Positions 61,057 through 64,000 of a DNA stretch of 64,000 bases are shown here, piece after piece. The stretch lies in contig CBDHFM010000030.1 of assembly GCA_965262505.1 (NCBI GenBank), positions 3,237,722 to 3,301,721 on the forward strand, given 5' to 3'. Under the pieces are notes generated by a model. It searched no databases. It was not told where the DNA came from and saw nothing but the letters and a program-made list of their open reading frames with translations. Made by a program: the position numbers and the translations under genes. This DNA is from Vicinamibacterales bacterium. GTDB lineage: Bacteria > Acidobacteriota > Vicinamibacteria > Vicinamibacterales > UBA2999. Each line of letters begins with the position of its first letter. The stretch's first letter is position 1.

Positions 61057-61726
61057 TGGCAGCGGTGTTCCCGTGGGCGCGTACGAGTCGGTTCCGAAGC
61101 ATGATTGTCGATACAACCCAGCCGCCTCCGGCCCACCGCGCCCCGCATGCCCCCCTGTGGAGACCAAACCTGAGCGCCGCCGAACTCAGTCTCGTGGGCA
61201 CGTTGACGCTTTCCGATCTCGCGCCGCACCACCTGGAACCGGAAGGACAGTCGGCGGTGCTGGCCGGCACACTCAGTCTTGATCGGTCCACAGGCGGCGT
61301 CTGTGGTGCCATGCGGTCCCGTTCATCTTGTGGGGTACAACGTGGGGAACGTGGCTGCTAACACGCTCTAAGATGTTCTATTAAAATAACTTGTCTCGCT
61401 ATGTCGGGAGGCCATGGGCTACCGGCCGGACAACCCGGCGGGCGACGCCCTCGGGCGGCAGCAGACCGTTGTCCAGCACATGCGGGCGCTGCCCCACGGC
61501 GCGGTGGCGGACGCCCTCGCGACCGTGCGAGCCTCCCCAGCCTCGGTCACCATCAAGCGGGCGTTCGAGTTCCTGGTGCTGACGGCGGCGCGATCCGGCG
61601 AAGTGCGCCTGGCGACGTGGGACGAAATTGACCTGAACGCGGGCGTCTGGGCCATCCCCGCCGCGCGCATGAAGGCGATGTCAGTAATCATGTGAAAGTC
61701 CCCCCTCCATTCCGAGGGGGAGGACC

Positions 61727-63021
61727 ATGGACGATCCACAGAGAGACGTAGGCTCGACAGCGGCGACAGATACGCCGGTGGAGGGCTGGATGCTGCGAGA
61801 AGACATCGTGCGCGAGGTGCTGGCACGGTTGGCCCGCGGGGAGTGCGTCAAGGCGATCGCGCGCGAGCTGGGCGTGGACAAGAAGACGATCAAACGTTGG
61901 CGTGCGCGGGGCGAGTGGCGGCCGCGGACGACGGCTGGGCGGGCCAAGGCGATCGACGCCTATCGGCTGTTTCTGGCGCGCCGGGGGCCCGAGGTCGGGT
62001 GGAATGGGATGGTCCTGCACCGCGAGCTCCGGACGCAGGGCTTCACGGGCGGCTATCAGCAGGTCCAGCGGGCGCTGCAGCCGGTGCGGACGACGCGCCG
62101 GTGGGCGGCGCGCGCGACCGTGCGGTTCGAGACGGCCCCGGGTGAGCAGGCGCAGGTCGATTTCGGGCAGCTGCGGGTGTGGATTGCCGACGTGGAGACC
62201 CCGGTCCATTTTTTCGTCTTCACACTCGGCTTCTCCCGGCGGGCCGTGGCCTATGCCTACCGCAACGAGCGGCTCGACACGCTGCTCGATGGCCACGAGC
62301 GGGCGCTGCGGCACTTTGGCGGGGTGCCGCTCAGCTGTCTGTACGACAATCCGCGGACGATCACGCTGGGGCGATCGGCGGGCCAGGTACTCTGGTATCC
62401 GCGCTTCGAGGACTTCGCGCGGTACTACGGCTTCACGCCGCGCGCCTGCCAGCCCGATCGGGCCCGGACGAAAGGCAAGGTCGAGAGCGGCGTGAAATAC
62501 GTGAAGCGGAACGCCCTGGCGGGCCGCCGCTTTCCGCACTGGGCCGCCCTCGAGGCGTGGCTGGAGGAGTGGGCCGCCACCGTGGCCGACCGGCGCGTGC
62601 ACGGCACCACCCACGAGCGCCCGATCGCTTCGCGCGCGAAGCCCTGACGCCGGTGGGCCGCCAGCCCCCGTATCACTACGACACGATCCGCCGGCGGATC
62701 GTCGCCGCCGATGCCTTGGTCTCGATCGCGGCGGGGCGGTACTCGGTCCCCGTCCGCTACGTCGGCCAGACGGTCGACGTCCGGGAGACCGCCACCCACT
62801 ACGTCATCGTGGCCGGCGACTCGTGCATCGCGCAGCATGCCAAGGCGGGCCGGCACGCGGTCGTGATGGAGCCGGCGCACTACCGCGGCCTCCTGCGCGC
62901 CGGTACCGCGCCGCCCAGCGAGGCCCCGCAGTGGGACCCGGCCTATCAGGCGCTCGGCGCCGTCGAGGTCCGAGACCTCGGCATTTACGACGCCCTCGCC
63001 GCGATCGGAGGGGGCCAATGA
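61727..63021 (+). pseudogene. istA: IstA with a frameshift near 62618
   Basis: Frame 1 ends ...VHGTTHERPIASRAKP*. Frame 2 continues DRFAREALTPVGRQPPYHYD..., so one nucleotide appears lost around HERP|DRF. Confidence 0.8.
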
Positions 63022-63806
63022 GCACGCCGCTCTTCGATCGGCTGCGCAGCCACTGTCAACGCCTCCGGCTGCATCGGCTCGAAGCCGAGCTGCCGACGCT
63101 CCTCGAGCAGGCGGCCAAGCGCGAGGTGCCCTACTCGGACTTTCTCGATGAGCTCCTGTCGCTCGAGATCCGCTCCAAGGCCGAGAAACATCTGACGATG
63201 CGCATCTCGATGGCCCGGTTCACCTTTCAGAAAACCCTGGACGCCTTCGACTTCAAGTTCCAGCCATCCATCGACCCGAAGGTGATTCGCGAGCTGGCCA
63301 CCGGACGCTATCTCGAGAGCGGCGACAACGTCCTGCTGCTCGGCCCGCCCGGTGTCGGGAAGACGCATCTGGCCGTCGCGCTCGGCCTCAAAGCGTGCGC
63401 GCACGGGGTCCGGGTGCTCTTTACCACCGCGACCGGCCTGATCGCCACGTTGGGCAAGGCGCACGCCGAGGGCCGCCTCGACGAGCGGCTCAAGATCCTG
63501 GCGCAGCCCCAGCTCCTGATCATCGACGAGATCGGCTACATCCCCATCGACCGCCAGGGCGCCAATCTCTGCTTTCAGCTTGTGTCGCGCCGCTACGAGC
63601 GCGGCGCGATCATCCTCACCAGCAATCAGAGCCTCGGGGCCTGGGGCGAGGTCTTCGGGGACCCCGTCATTGCCTCCGCCATTCTCGACCGCCTGCTCCA
63701 CCACTCGATCACCGTCAACATCCGAGGCGACAGCTATCGGCTCAAGGAGAAGATGAAGGCCGGACTACTCAAGTCGAAGAGCGCGGCCGCCGCCGCGGCT
63801 GAATAA
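63018..63806 (+). CDS. istB: IstB ATP-binding helper
   Basis: Walker A GPPGVGKTHLA and Walker B LLIIDEIGY. The ATG overlaps the istA stop. Confidence 0.9.
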   Translation: MSTPLFDRLRSHCQRLRLHRLEAELPTLLEQAAKREVPYSDFLDELLSLEIRSKAEKHLTMRISMARFTFQKTLDAFDFKFQPSIDPKVIRELATGRYLESGDNVLLLGPPGVGKTHLAVALGLKACAHGVRVLFTTATGLIATLGKAHAEGRLDERLKILAQPQLLIIDEIGYIPIDRQGANLCFQLVSRRYERGAIILTSNQSLGAWGEVFGDPVIASAILDRLLHHSITVNIRGDSYRLKEKMKAGLLKSKSAAAAAAE

Positions 63807-64000
63807 CCCGGGAGGGGGGATTTTCAGCTGATAAGTGGGGGGCACGTCACGTGACTATTGACAGGCGAAGCGGGATCACCGCGTCCCGCTCTAGGGGCGG
63901 GCGCTCGCGATCCTGCACGACGTACAGAGCCGGAGCGATGGCACGGGCCTCGTGTTCCGCAGTCTGCGCGGGAAGCAGGCAAGAGTCTTCCACGGTTTTC

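Larger units (their letters stand above)
61679..63863 (+). mobile_element. IS21-family element, copy 2 (different isoform from copy 1)
   Basis: Ends are tgtcagtaatcatgtgaaagtcccccc and reverse complement tgtcaatagtcacgtgacgtgcccccc. 5-bp target duplication GGCGA at 61674-61678 and 63864-63868. Confidence 0.9.
61414..64000 (+). pseudogene. P4-type integrase remnant: N-terminus missing, interrupted by IS21 copy 2, in-frame TAG after the insertion; runs off the window
   Basis: FEFLVLTAARSGEVRLATWDEIDL...AARMKA | IS21 | KRDHRVPL*GRALAILH...GLVFRS. Confidence 0.75.

Overview
GC-rich bacterial chromosomal window; the phylum cannot be called by eye. It has three parts. (1) 1-2890 is the distal end of an rRNA operon: the 3' 2.35 kb of 23S, a repeat-containing spacer, and 5S. 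(2) 2837-10608 is a 7.8-kb integrative element inserted in the 3' end of the 5S rRNA gene. It is bounded by an exact 18-bp direct repeat of the 5S terminus and carries a tyrosine recombinase, a serine recombinase and three nested IS layers. The native rrn terminator follows it. A syntenic core block then runs 10867-19851: membrane protein, SAM methyltransferase, yebC-ruvC-ruvA-ruvB, fabH, LigD-type primase-polymerase, queA, a deoxyhypusine-synthase-like ORF and tRNA-Met(CAT). (3) 19852-64000 is a heavily decayed accessory mosaic that starts at the tRNA. It holds P4-type integrases (one intact, two broken), at least 12 IS copies or fragments (IS3 family x5 types, IS21 x2, IS630 x2, IS110, a single-ORF rve IS, an IS5/IS903-like fragment) and a Tn3-family transposon with frameshifted tnpA. 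It also holds a type I R-M locus inactivated several times over, a second hsdM stump, relaxase and recombinase scars, two beta-barrel OMP genes, a canonical vapBC pair, an HUH rolling-circle Rep module and an Ala-type tRNA/tmRNA-like 3' terminus. The two best candidates for something undescribed are the 5S-rRNA-targeting integrative element and a translationally coupled three-gene operon at 32679-34293 (Phd-type antitoxin with a 75-aa extension, an unknown 252-aa protein, and a PIN/VapC toxin). All calls come from reading the sequence and the ORF track; no database search was possible.
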